Source of the DNA: Vicugna vicugna
Lineage: Eukaryota
DNA length: 64,000 nt
Assembly: GCA_013265495.1 (NCBI GenBank)
Contig: MU058781.1
Coordinates: forward strand, 4,837,050-4,901,049
Reading direction: 5' to 3'
Part shown: positions 23,438-36,378 of the stretch, piece by piece
Position numbering within the stretch: the stretch's first letter is position 1
How the letters are laid out: each line of letters begins with the position of its first letter
The notes under the pieces: generated by a model
What the model saw: only the letters and a program-made list of their open reading frames with translations
The model's database searches: none
Told to the model about the DNA's origin: nothing
Position numbers and translations under genes: made by a program

Positions 23438-26400
23438 TCTGTTGACTTTTAATTCTGGATATTTCTTTGAGGTGACCTTTGGCATCCTTAGTCTTTGTTG
23501 CATCTAAGAAGGAGATTTTAGAGGTTTCCACTCCCTCTTCCCTGATTTTCCCCATTGTCTGATCGCATTAGCGGGACCCTTAAAAAGCTACTGGCAATCT
23601 GATGGTCTAAAGCTCCACCTGCAGTTAGAAGCTGGTTGTCCTTCTGGAATGTTCTTTCCAATGGAGGCTGCTGGTTCTAGCCTCTGGGACAAAGGAGGTT
23701 TTGGTTCAGCCTTTGATTGATGGTCTCTGGAGAGGCCCCCAGTCTGCAAGAGTCCTCCAGTTTGTGTGATGGGATTAAAAGTGGATTTTGCTGGGTTACC
23801 TGGGTCTCTGTGACTTGAAGGTCACAACTCTGGGTCAGAGGAGCGGTTGCAGGTGCTCAGGCAGCAGGAAGAAAGACTGTCTGGGCTGAGGCTCCAAGGA
23901 TGAAGATGCATAGTGCAAGGGGCAGCAGAAAGGCCAGCCCTTGGGGTCAGAGGCAAAGATGAGAACAAGTGGAAAACTTTGTCCTGACCTTGAAAGAGGT
24001 TATAAAGACAGGCCTTTGGATCTTTGGTGTTTCCTTTCTTGCAAAAGGCCAAGTGCACAGCTGAGTCGGAAAACTTCCCCCATCCACAGCTTCTTCATTA
24101 GGTACTGATACCGGTTAATTCAAAATCACTTGTAATTGGAAGCAGCTGCTGTTTCCCAGCTGACTAGGTGTTTGAGTCAGATGCTTTGAATTAGCTGGAC
24201 TTGGATTATTCATATTTTAATTAAAGTCCATTTTATCCTCCCCTAGTCTCTTGTCTCTCCAATCGCCAGGATTTTACAGCAACACATTTGAAATTATGAG
24301 AGCATCCCAGTAGAAAGGCATAATGTAAGTTGAAGGACTTGCAGTTGATTATGGCCTTGTATTATTAAATAGTGAATTTAACTGCCTTGCAATTCCCTTC
24401 TCTCACCCTCTGAACCTTGCTTCTGTAGTGGGGAAATTCTATTCCATTTAGAAAAGTTGAGGCTTCCCTTTCCTCCTCTTGGGACACAGATGTATTAGCT
24501 TAATTGCTTGTGTCACTGCTATGGGGAAGGTGCTGCCTGAAATGGGACAAGCAATTTTCTGGTACTTTTTGTCTAATGGGGTTTGCAGATTAAGCCATGA
24601 ATAGTGGGGCTTTCGGGGCAGTGGGGTTATTTATTTTCTTATAAAAGAAAAGTAAACAAGTGCGGTGGTGAGGCTGTTTAGTGCTTCTGTATAGATACAG
24701 AATGTTCAACAAGCAGCTCGCCGGGAAAAAAGAGTGCCTTAATTTTGAGAATAAAATGTTAGCGGGAAAATGCTTTGTGTTTCTCTCTCCGTTGTTGCTA
24801 ATGAGGAAAAGAGGCAGTGCCAGAGGGAGGAGAAACATGGATGTCTCCCCCCTTCCTTCCTTTCTCTGTTTGAGGTACCTAACTTGACTAAAGTTTGACT
24901 TGATAAATGTCCTACTTAATTTAATTTTATGTTGGTCCCTCTCCCTCCCTTGAATGTCCATGTTTAGCTGACTCTCAGAAAAACCAAGGCAATGTAGAGC
25001 CATCAAATTTTGTACACCTGTTATCCTGTGTGGTCTGGGACCTTTAAAAGGGTTTAAGATACATGATCTTTGTCCAGAAGGAGTTTGAAGTGTCCCTGGA
25101 GAGACAAGCATGTACCTGTCAGTGCATTTAGGGGACTGTGTAAGTCACTGTCAGCGTGCCCCATGTGAGCTGGCACTGTCAGGTATTGAGCTGAATGAGA
25201 AGGAATTGTAGGTGGATTGGCTGTTTGGAGGTAGCAGGTTACCCCTGGAACAATGAAGGAAGTGGTCCGTCCAGTCTAGTCCTTCCATTTATTTCCCTGT
25301 CTTCTCAGAGGTTGCCTAAGGATATACTGCTAGTTGGCAAGCCCCTTGTCTAGAGATCCCAAGTTCATCTACCACTTTCTTCTGTGCCTTTGTTGCCTTG
25401 GGGCAGAGATGGGGGCCCTACGGAATGAAGCAAGGGGTGGTTTTGTTGGTACAGACCGGGACAGAGACTAGCCTTGGAGAAGAGACACCCTGGGGTGTTA
25501 CTTTCAGGGGTAGTCATTCTGTGTTTCATTCGTGCTGCCTGTTCAGCAAAAGAGTTGCTGTGCTAGTTTCTTGGTAACAGGCCTGGCACAATTTGATTGT
25601 TTTTTGGACTTTCCCCCACGTTACAAGGCCATCAGCAGGCAAGCCCTTGCCCGTATACTTTAAGGAAGAGGGAACACATTTGAGGAAGCAAAATCTTAGC
25701 ACCATGTATTTCATTAAAAAGCTACGGTCCCTCCAGGTTTCCATTCTTCATGAACATGCGCTTAGTGAAGGGGCTTTGTGGAATTCTCTGCACAGTAGTG
25801 AGTACCACATTTTTGAGTGCCTGGCCTGCTCAATAATAGAGTTAAGTGGTGAAGTATAGAAACCATATATACTCTCACATACCTTTGCAAAGCAGAGTTT
25901 ATTCTTTTATTTTTATTGGTTAACATTCTTGGCTTTTGAGAGAGAAGTGGCTGAAGGAGCATGTGGTGTAGGTGGAGCTGGCTGGAGCCCCTTCTTTCCT
26001 CCACTGTGCAGCGTTTAGCAGTGAGGTGATGTTCCTGTACCCCAAGGTGTCTAAGCTCAGGGGTTTTGACCATTCCCTCTCCTGGATGAAGCTCTTCAGG
26101 GTGGTCAGCCATTCCCTTTTTCAGGGTACTTGAAGGAGAAGAGGAACCTGTAGTTAAACTGAAATCTCTAATCAAGGCCCAGCAGGCTTCATTTTGCATT
26201 TTAGGGTAACTTGAAAATAATAACTTACTGAGGTAAAATAATGATTTTAACAAATTGAATGGCTATTACTAAAGCATTACATTTATTATATCTATTTCAA
26301 GCAGAAAACCAGGAAAAATGTATACTATATAATAGTATAGCCAAGATTATAGAACTAATAGATCTAATAGATAGCCAAGGATTCCATCTAGTGAGACATG

Positions 26401-27521
26401 CTTGGGAAAATTTCAGGAGGAAGGGAGCGACAATACGGACAAATGGAGAGGAAGCAGAAACAACTCTTTTGGGTGGAGAGAACACTGTTGGAGCATGCCA
26501 TACGAAGTGCAAGGAAAAAATTAACCCCAGTAAGAAGTATGAACTAGGAAGATGAGTGTGGCTGACCACTGATGATTAAGGAAGGTGCAGTTCAGGAGGG
26601 GAAGGTCCCCCTACCCCCGCCCCGTCTGCTAAACCTGCGGCCTGGGAGGATTGATTGCAGGAGTGAATCGGGGCAGAGGTTACCCAGCTATTGTGTAAAC
26701 TCACTGCAGACCCCCAGATTGGTGGTCACCGGTGGCTTCTGGGGGTCAGCACTAACACCCCAGGCCTAGTCTAGCCCTGCCTTCCGAGTTTCTCATTTTG
26801 TCTGAGATTTTCGCCTGGTGGGACTAAGCCCATGTTTGTGGAGGGGTGGAGGAGGAGAGGGAGGCAGGATTCAAGAAAGTTGTGGAGGAAGAGGTGGGAG
26901 GGGTAGGGATTGACCATGAACCTTCTCAACTCAAGGAGCTGGAAAGTGAGATGCTGAGTATATAGAAGGAATTCTAATTAGAAGATAAAAAAAAGAATTG
27001 AGAATAAAGAGAAAGAGAGGCTTTTGGTTTTCAAAACCTGGCTGGGGATGCATCACCTGTCTACCCCTCTGAAGTCCTGAGATGTTGGTCCCACCTAGCA
27101 CCTGGTGAGAAGATCTCAGCTGGGATGAGAACCCTGCCTTGTGGGTGCTGTTACTGATTGACTTCAAAAAAGAGTTTTTCTTTGCCTCCTCACACAGTAA
27201 AGTGTATAGGAGGCCACTTCGGGTGTGTGTGTATGTGTCTGTGTGTGTTGGGGTGTGATAATAAAGGAGAACACAGAAGAGAGGGGGTGGCAGGTGTCCT
27301 GGCAGAGGAAAGAGGGCTGCTGGTTGTCTGCCTTAGAAAGGGGAAAATCATTTACTTTTGAAATGTGAGATTCAGGGAGGAAATACTTTGAGATTGAATT
27401 TTTCCCCCCCAAGAAAAGCTCTTATGTATTTGTTGCTGATGGACGGTAAGCTGTTTCCTTTTTTGTTTTCTTTCTTTCTCTCTTTCTCTCTCTCTCTTTT
27501 TTTTTTTTTTTTTTTTTTTTT

Positions 27522-27758
27522 NNNNNNNNNNNNNNNNNNNNNNNNNNNNNNNNNNNNNNNNNNNNNNNNNNNNNNNNNNNNNNNNNNNNNNNNNNNNNNN
27601 NNNNNNNNNNNNNNNNNNNNNNNNNNNNNNNNNNNNNNNNNNNNNNNNNNNNNNNNNNNNNNNNNNNNNNNNNNNNNNNNNNNNNNNNNNNNNNNNNNNN
27701 NNNNNNNNNNNNNNNNNNNNNNNNNNNNNNNNNNNNNNNNNNNNNNNNNNNNNNNNNN
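27522..27758. other. Assembly gap flanked by poly-T
   Basis: Run of ~237 N with T-runs on both sides. Confidence 0.98.
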
Positions 27759-29929
27759 TTTTTTTTTTTTTTTTTTGCTACTAAACATAGCTGTGAGCCT
27801 CATTTGTGCATCTCTGGACTCACATCTATAGAAGTTCTCTACTGTGTAGACCCAGGATTTTGGTTGTCAGCTCACACATAAGGTGTGTGCCTTTTCAGCA
27901 TTAGTAAACACTAAGATGTTCTCTGAAATAGTTGAAGCACGCTACTCCTGCCAGCAACATCTGTGTCCTGGCTAAAGTTTGATATTATCAGGGGTTTTTT
28001 TTTGTTTGTTTTTTAAGTTTCGTGAGTGTTGAACTTCATGCATGGCACAGCTCGCCTCCTGTTTTCAGTGATACTCTGAGGTCATAAACGTTTGTGTCCA
28101 GGTATATTACTCTTTTATCTCCCTTCCTACAGATTTATAAAAGCCTTTGCTGACAGCACTTGAATTAAAATTCTGCTGTTACTTCCCTTAGCTCTCACAG
28201 CACAACTTTCTTGTCCTTAAATTGTACCATATTAATCTGCTTGTGTTGTTGGGTTAGTGTGGATGAGGTACTAGCCCTAAGCTTCCTACTGTTGTCATCA
28301 TTATCTGTCATGGAAAAAAAAATTTTCTTTTTACCTTGTATTTTTTTGGCTGAAATCTTCCATAGCTCTCTGTTGCTTATGGGATAAAGTCTAAGCCCTT
28401 AAGCATTACCTAAAACCCTTTATTAGCTCAGTCTTATCCCAGGATCATCTTATGCAGCATACACTCCTGTTCATTTTTCTGTCTCTTTCCTGTCCAGGTC
28501 ATGGTCCTTTAAGGCTGTGGTTGTATTGCCCTCTTCCTTCTTCCATTTCATCCTGGTGAGCTTCTGCCTTCCCTGAAAGGCTCAGCTTCTGAGAACCCAA
28601 GGGCTCGCACTGTGTGTTGACACCCTAGTGAGCATCTGCTCTGTGCTGGGCGCGTGGCCTTGTTCTGGGAGAACTGCATGTTGTTGACAGGTAGACAACT
28701 GTGCTTCATCTTTTGTTCCACTGTTTCTTCTTATCCTCGTTTCCACCTTAACCCAAGGCTCGTCCAGACAAACTTGATTAAATCCCTTTCCCCAATTTTT
28801 TATATTTGGAGAAATCTCACATAGAGAAGCTGAAGGCACAGTATCATGAACACCGGGAGACCCGTCACCTAGGCTGTGGGGTGTGTCTGGATATTACCCA
28901 GTGACTCCTTTCTTCCTTTCAAGTCTCTGACTTTGGAGAATTTGAAAGGTGCTCTTGCTTAATCATTAAAGAAGGACTTTAGTAGTGTAGCACTTTAGTG
29001 GTAATAAAAAAAAATGACTTCAGTGACTTTGGTTTTTTTCTGCCAAAGTAAACGTTGGCTGTCTTTCAGCTGTAGTAATGTAGCGTCTCTCAATTTGTTC
29101 AAGTTAAACTACAGCAGGGCCAAGTCGAGAAATTCTCGGGTTTTTCCTTCCAATTAAAAAAAAAAAGAAAGAAAACCCTAAGATTTTGGATCCTCTTGTT
29201 CCTGTAATCTTCCTGGTTCTCCCCTCTTCCTGCATTAAAAAGAAGATCATGAAGAATTGGCTCAAATGCCAGTGGAAAGAATGAAGATCTGAATTGACAA
29301 TATTTGTGGGAGATTGTTGTTGATAATCTCCGAACAGGGTGTTTGGACCTGTGTTCCTTTAGTGCAGTTCCTTCTGAACCAGAACATGGGAAGTAAAGGG
29401 CCACAACCCTTTGGTTTTAACGTGTGTGTGTGTGTGTTTGCTTTTCTGGGACAAAAATGTTCTTAGCCTGTAAATCCAAGTGTTATTAACTGAGTGTTAT
29501 CATGCAGTAGCTGATACTTGAAAGACTGATTTGGGTGAGTGTTAAGAAAGTTTCAGGTGTGTCAGTGTTTGATTTTTCTAAGTGTGGGCGAGCTGTGTCA
29601 TTTACACTGGCATGTTGGGTTTGCCCCAGATTCTGTCTTTTCACTCTTCACTACATTTGATTCATGTGATGCCATTAACATGCAACTTTGTGCCTAAAAG
29701 AAAAATAACGTGAATATATCATGATATGCAAGATTCAGATTGATTTTGAGTTTAAATTTAATTTTGAATTCAAAATCAAATTCAGAAATGTTCAGAGCAG
29801 GATGTGAACCCCACCCCCACCCCCACCCCCCGGGTCACTCATGCATTCCTGCCCGGTCTGCTTTCTGTGCGTTCACATGCATATTTATGTAGACATGGAT
29901 ATGTAGGCTTTGCTTTTTTTTTTTTCCTT

Positions 29930-30480
29930 TTTGGATTGTTTTATATAAATATAATCAGTCATCTTGTGTGGTTTAGCCTTTTCTTTTAACTATGTCTTGC
30001 AGATCTTTTCATGTCATTCTTTTTAATACTGTGTAATATCTGACAGGACCAGTGTACTGTAATTTATGTAACCACTTCCTTATGATCCCCTTCCTAGAAG
30101 GGAGTGCCTGGCATTTAGGAAGCACTCGGTAGACATTTAGGTTGTTTTCCTCTTGTTTTGTTTACTTAAAATCAAATTTCCATCTTCCACACATGTGGAC
30201 ATATTGACATAGTATTGCAGTGGAAATACTGAGTCCAAGGGTATGTGCTCCGTTCTTACAGTAGGAAGAGATTTTTTTTTTCCTTCCAAAATGGTTTAAC
30301 CAATTTACATCCCCACCAGCAGTGTGTGGAGAGTCTGTTTCCCTCCCTTGCCAACACTTGGTATTATAAAGCTTCTTTAGATTTTGCGAATGAATAAAAT
30401 ATGACTCGTTGGATTTGCATTTCTCTGTCTTGAGCATTTTTCATGGGCCTTTTGGCTGTCCATATTTCTTTTGTTCATGA
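29930..30480 (-). mobile_element. Old L1 fragments
   Basis: gacatttaggttgttttcc...ccaatttacatccccaccagcagtgtgtggagagtctgttt...ccaacacttggtattat...tttgcatttctctg. ORF 30162-30437(-) contains NTKCWQG...HTAGGDVNWLNHFG, resembling decayed ORF2p. Confidence 0.75.
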
Positions 30481-30514
30481 CCTCTGCCTATTTATATATT
30501 GGTTTCTTTCTCTA

Positions 30515-30541
30515 TTTTTTGGAGCAGGGGAAGGCAATAAG

Positions 30542-30581
<40 letters not shown>

Positions 30582-30662
30582 TTTGGAGGAGGTACTGAGG
30601 ATTGAACCCAGGACCTCGTGCATACTAAACAGCGCTCTACGACTTGGGCTATACCCTCCCCC
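30515..30662 (-). mobile_element. Camelid tRNA-derived SINE (Vic-1-like) with an internal (TCTG)n array
   Basis: gaggtactgaggattgaacccaggacctcgtgcatac...gctataccctccccc. The internal linker is replaced by (tctg)7(tcta)2. Confidence 0.87.
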
Positions 30663-32373
30663 TGAATTTTAAATTTTTCTGTAGTTCAGCTTAGTTTTCC
30701 TTTACAGGTGTTGTGTCTTGCTTAGGAATGCTTTTTTTGACCTCAAGAATATGAAAATATTCTGTAAGAAATTCTCTTTCTCTTATTACTTCCAGTCTAC
30801 TTAAATACTACTCTCCAGTTTCTTAACCTTCTCTGAACTCTCCCATCAGCCGCTAAACTGGTATGAAGCCTCCGGTCTCTGTCTGGAATCATCCAGTAAT
30901 GACTTCTTCTGACAGCCACTTTTTATGGGGATGTTAGGGTTTATCCCTTCTTATATACCCAAAGGCTTCAAATGTACTTTTGCAAAGTGTTGGTACTTAA
31001 TTATTGTCATGACTGTCATTATCCAGTATTAAATAACATGTTCCTGTTCCCATGGATGTATAAGAAGACAGACTTGGCCTATGCTGGGATTCCAAATCCA
31101 CTTTAAATACATAAAAGTCTGCATAAATTCTGTCCATGAGTTTTATAGTCCTTAAAATAGAGGACAAAACAAAGGAAAAGATTAAAGGGGTAACATTTAT
31201 TGGGCCACTGTTACATACATGAAAGGTAGAAAATGGATAAAACTGACAGATAAAACTAGGAGTCTGCCCCTGAACAACATAGCTTTCTTTGTGGCCGGAT
31301 TTGCGTTGGTGAGAGGCCCTTTGAGGACTGGCTCTGAGCCTTCATCTGTTGTGCGTGTTTTGACCATCCACGAGGTTTCTTTTAAAGGATAGAACTACTT
31401 GAAAAGCCTTGTAGAGCAACTGCTTTAGACTTGTATTTTCCCCACTCATTCGAGTTTTCCCTGATTTCTTTTGACACTTGCCACTTACTGCTGGTGCAGT
31501 GGATGTGTCTTTAAGTCTGTTTTTGTCATGTAGGTAATTATAATATGGGAAACCAGAAACGAGGCTTTTGCTATGTAAAGTAAAGCTAAAAAGTCTCTGA
31601 TTCAGGGACTGGGCCTCTGTGAGAAGTAAAGTATCATTGCTCTTGTCTGTGAACTTTCCAATTGCTTTTGGTTCCTCAGAGACCCTTTGTTTATTGTCTC
31701 CTCTAATATACTCCCTAATAAGTGAGGCTATAGTACAACTGTGTTCTAGAAAGGAAGGCAGCGTCTTTGTGTTTCTAACCTTTTGCCTCCATAAAATTTA
31801 CACAGCAGTAGAACAGTTTGGAAGGTCCTTGGAATCTCTTAATAAAGGAATTTTTGCTGGCATAGAGCACGCATTATGTATCAGACACATATATTAAAAC
31901 CCACTTGATGGAAGGAGAGCAGATTTATGCTGGTTGACTTGGCAACGTGCAACTTCCAAAGTGTAAGTGGCGTTATTCTTTATATATTGATTTTACTCAG
32001 TTTGGAGCTCCTTCTAGTACAGTGTTTCTACTGAAATCAGTCTGTTTTCTGTGAGTGCTGCCTCCCTCGTGCAGCCCACCAGAACCTCATCCTGGGAGGC
32101 ATTAGCCTCCTAGCTCGTTTGCTGGTACCTGCCTTCTCTTTGTTGCCTGCTCCTGTGTCCTTTGCCCGTTTTCCAGGTAGCAGTGAAGGTAAGCAGATGA
32201 TCACCTTGCTCTGAGTCCAGCCTTCTGGCGAGAGCCTGCCAGGTTCTGTTGACTCTGCTCTCCCCTCCCCCAGGCCTGTTCTTCCAGTCTGCATTCCCCA
32301 AACACATGGCTGTTGCCTTTTCCCAAAGGTGCTTGTAACCTTCTGAAATCCGGTGCAGTCTGTTGACCCCTTT

Positions 32374-32491
32374 GTTTTTTTTTTTCTTTTTTCCCTTTTA
32401 AACACTTTTCTATTGAGTAATAGTCATTTTACAATGTTGTGTCAAATTCCAGTGTAGAGCACAATTTTTCAATTATACATGAGCATACATA
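32374..32491 (-). mobile_element. Severely 5'-truncated lineage-specific L1 with TSD
   Basis: Poly-T then attgagtaatagtcattttacaatgttgtgtcaaatt, the same 3' end as the L1 at 55351. TSD tctgttgaccccttt (32359-32373) and tcttttgaccccttt (32492-32506). Confidence 0.85.
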
Positions 32492-32959
32492 TCTTTTGAC
32501 CCCTTTCTTAAAATGTTTCCAAATGCTGACAGTAAAATATCCAGGATTACGAAGGGAACCCATTACACGAAAGTATAGCCATCAGGATATTAAAAAGCAA
32601 ATTTGTGATATGGTAAAACGTGTGTACTTCTAAATCCCCTGTTAAACAACAGGCCCTGTTGGTGGGTTTAATTATTGCAGCTTCAAAGCAGTGATCACAA
32701 ATGGTATTTCTTTCATGCTGTCTTCAGCCACTGTAATGTGATAGGAGAATATTTAGGATCTTTTTGGTATCGGACTCCCGGTACTTCTGTCTCTGGTTCA
32801 TGGCCTACGTTAATAGTTGATGAAAATGAACGTGGCGCTGTTTCCTTCTCCAAGATCGTCACAGACTTAAGAACCTTTGTGAATCTTCTTGAATGCCCTG
32901 GACTCCCTTTCTTCTTCATTTGTTCTTTCCCTGGAGCCTTCTTTATTCTGCTGTTCTCA

Positions 32960-33560
32960 AGCAAAGTCCTGCTTCAGGCCTCAGCTTAAATGTCACATCC
33001 TCAGGGTGGCCTTTCTAGGTCAGGAGCCCATGTTACATGCACTGTCGAGGCCTCGGCTACTCATTTTCAGCACTTTGAGTTGTGGACATCCGTGGAATGA
33101 TTTGTGTGATACCTGCTCCCCAGGTGGGAGCTTTGTGGCTTTGTGAGCTTTGGGAACGCAGTGACTGCTGATCCCCCGTGCCTGGTGCAGCGTCACAGGC
33201 ACTTGTTAAATACGTGCATCTTATATAATGTACATGGCACCTTAAGCAGAGAACAAACCACATGAGAAAAGCTTAGAAGGGATGGAAATCCCAGACAGTG
33301 ACACCCAGGGTCACATGGAAGTCATGTTGGTGCATATGATCAGAGATGAGGTTGAGCATAGCTAGGAAAGACTGCAGATGTGTTACTTGTTTGTCTGAAT
33401 TCCTTCCACTGGAATGTAAGATCCATATATGTAAATTTTCATTCAAACCTAGCTGCATATGTATGCATACTCATGTGTTATATGAAAACAATGTTAGTCG
33501 CACAGCCTTGTGGTGCCTGGCACATGGTAGGTGCTCAGTGCCTATTAAATGTATGAATGT
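32960..33560 (+). mobile_element. L2 3'-end fragments
   Basis: cagcttaaatgtcacatcctcagggtggcctttc... and ccactggaatgtaagatccat...gtgcctggcacatggtaggtgctcag...atgaatg. Confidence 0.65.
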
Positions 33561-34429
33561 GTAACTTAGTTGGGCCATAGCTTGCTCATTTGCAAAAAAA
33601 TGAGGGGCTTTTCCTGCTAATGTTCCTTTTGGCTTGCTTCTACCTAAGGTTTTTGTCTATAGTTAGAGGATTTACTCACTATAGGACATTAAGTAGATCC
33701 TCTGGGGTTGCAGAGGTGAATTGACTTGGATGTTGCCTTCTGCAGGTAGGAAGAAGGTAAGGATGGGCCCTAAAACAGCTGGTGTAGAGGGGAGAACTTC
33801 TTCAGAGCCATTTGGATACTAATGGCCCTGATATCCAAGCCAGTGATCTCATTATGACATCAGCTTTTTGTATTATGGAGCAGTGGAGTCTGTAGTTGAG
33901 CAGGAGTGGTTGTCCAAGGCAGGGAGTGGGGAGAGAGGCCAGAGAGAGAGATGTCACCACCCGGGACAGTTCTGTTGGGGACAAGTTTGTTGCTCAGACA
34001 TATAAATGGTCCTGACTGGGGTTGAACAGTTTGCCACTTTGATGACGTGGCACTTGAGTGGGCCTTGAAGAAGTGATTTCCTCCAGTACGAGGGTGAGTC
34101 CAAGGGAAGGGGTAGGGTGAACAGGAAAGAGTAAGGAGGAGCGATTAAATGCATGGTGTATTCAGAACACTGAATGTGGTGTGCTCCTTTTGAGGGGAAC
34201 AGTCTTTATAATGAAATAAAAGATTTTCTTTAAAGCCAATTTTTCTATTCTTACATGTTTCTTGAAAGATAACTTAAATGGGACAAGAAACTATACTACA
34301 TTAGATCTGGGAAAAAGAGAAATCTATAAACCAGTGAACCACCTATATTAATGGAAAGAGAGGGCAAAGATTTTTAATTTAAAAAATAATCTTAATTGTA
34401 ATAAATACTTATTTTGCTGATATCCAAAT

Positions 34430-34985
34430 TAGCAAATGTTTATTGACACATAATTTACGTAGTTGGAAACACCCATTTCAAGTATACAGTTCTTTGAGTT
34501 TTGACAGTCTTCTGTAAATCCCCATGTAATCACCACCCAACTAAAATTTATTTCCAGCACTCTAGAAGTCTTCCTCACGCCCTGTGTAATTACTTTTTCT
34601 CTTTCCAGGCAGTGTTTTGATTTCTGTTCTGTACACCGCGATCTTTTCAGGTTGATTCGTGCTGTTGCATTTCTCAGTGGTTCATTCCTTTCTTACTCCT
34701 GAGAAGTGCTCCTTGGTCTGGGTGCACCCCAGCTTATTGATCTGCTTGCTGATCGGTGGACTTTGGGGTGTTCCCAGTTTTTGGCTGAGAGTTGCTGTGA
34801 ACATTTCTGTTCAAGACTGGGTGTAGCCAATAAGTTTTCATTTCTCAGGGGCCAGTCAGTCCTTAGGTGTGTAGTCAGGTCATAAATCAGGTGTATGTTT
34901 AACTCTGTAAGAAACAGCCACACGGTTCTCTGAAGTGCCACCCTGAGCAGTCCAGCTGCTCTGCATCCTTGTCAGCACTAGTATA
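34430..34985 (-). mobile_element. L1 3' region, decayed
   Basis: cccatttcaagtatacagtt...gggtgttcccagtttttggctg...gtatgtttaactctgtaagaaacagcca. ORF 34693-34941(-) contains VWLFLTELNIHLIYD, resembling ORF2p. Confidence 0.8.
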
Positions 34986-36302
34986 CAGTCCTCCTGCTGT
35001 CCTCAAGTGGTTAGGAGTCAGTGTCTGGCTAGAAGCAAGCTCTCACATGATGTAATGTTGGTTTTCAAGTGAGTTTAAAAATGCTTTAAAAGTTCTCATT
35101 AGATTGAGCTTGTATGATTACCGAGTAGCATCTTGGTTTAAGTGTTTATCTTCTCTTAGGTTGAAAATTCTCATTCATTTATCTCCTTGAAGTTAAACTG
35201 TATATATACCCCAGCCCCCCTCCCTTTCCACACATGGTCTTCCTTTATATTGAGGGAAGCAGAGGAGCTGTTATCCCTACGGTTCTCAGTGACCTAAATG
35301 GTCTGCCTTCTCAGACTGTGTCAGACTTGAAGCAGCAGTTAAGCCAAGAAGGGGAATTTCTTGGAGCCAGGAAAGAAGGAGCAGTGACCCTCCAGTGAAG
35401 CCGAGGGCCCGTGGACACCCCCCCCCCCATCATGGTGACCTGGAGCCGGGTCACCAAGGAGCGGGGTGCAGAGCGGTCAAGCAGACCTCCCTTCTCAGTG
35501 CTGGGACACAGCCTTCCCTCACACACAACATATTTTAAAATGTTTTCCCCCCTTGCAAGTAGTAACAGAAACAAGCCACGGAAAAGCAGAGATGTTACCT
35601 AGCTCTGCTACCCCACACAAGTGTTGTAAACATTTTGTTTTTCTTTTTTAAACAGCTGTTCTTTCCCTCTGTGAAAATATTTTGGTAATCCTGAGGTATA
35701 TACAATTTTCTCTCTTTTTCCACTAGATATTATCACATTTCCTTATGTGAGTACATAGTTTCCATAATAACACTTTTTTGCCCCACCTCATTGCCAGCTT
35801 TTCTGAATCAGCCCCTTCACTTTAGGTTTTCATAATGAGTGAGTCTGAGGTCTTCCCCCAGTTTGCCCGTGCTGTGAGATGAGGCTTCTTTTTGTATTGA
35901 TTTTTTTTCTTTCCATAATAACAGTTTTAATGGGGATACATCTATTCAGTGAACCTATAACTGCAGTTTAAAATTTTTATTATTAATAATTAATTTATTA
36001 CTTTTAATTGTTTCTTTTCAGATAGGTTACCAAATACACTTTTGGATTTAGATCTGCTTGCTTGTTTTTTCCTCTGCAGATTTTACACTGAACTGTAGAA
36101 ATGGCAAACCTTGTTAGACATCATGAATTCATGGTTGTTAAAGGAAGATGGCCTCATTTCAGGGATAACCCATCTCCCCTTATCTAAGTTGTGATGCCTA
36201 TTAAGTCTTCTTACTAATCATTTTAGAAATCATTTTTAAAGAACCTTGGTTCTTGAAAAGGACAACTATTTTGTAAACAAAGGAATTAGTGGGCTTTACT
36301 TA

Positions 36303-36378
36303 ATTTTTTTAATTGAAGTATAGTTGATTTATGTTTCAGGTGTACAGCAAAATGGTTTAGTTACAGATATATACATTT
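36303..36378 (-). mobile_element. Short L1 3' terminus
   Basis: ttttttaattgaagtatagttgatttatgtttcaggtgtacagcaaaatggtttagttacagatatatac. Confidence 0.7.

Noticed and set aside
26200..26560. Local A-rich reversal of strand skew with a 98-aa ORF
   Set aside because: No recognisable protein. More likely a decayed ancient repeat that I could not assign.
27358..27831. ORFs spanning the N-run
   Set aside because: Artefact of the assembly gap.
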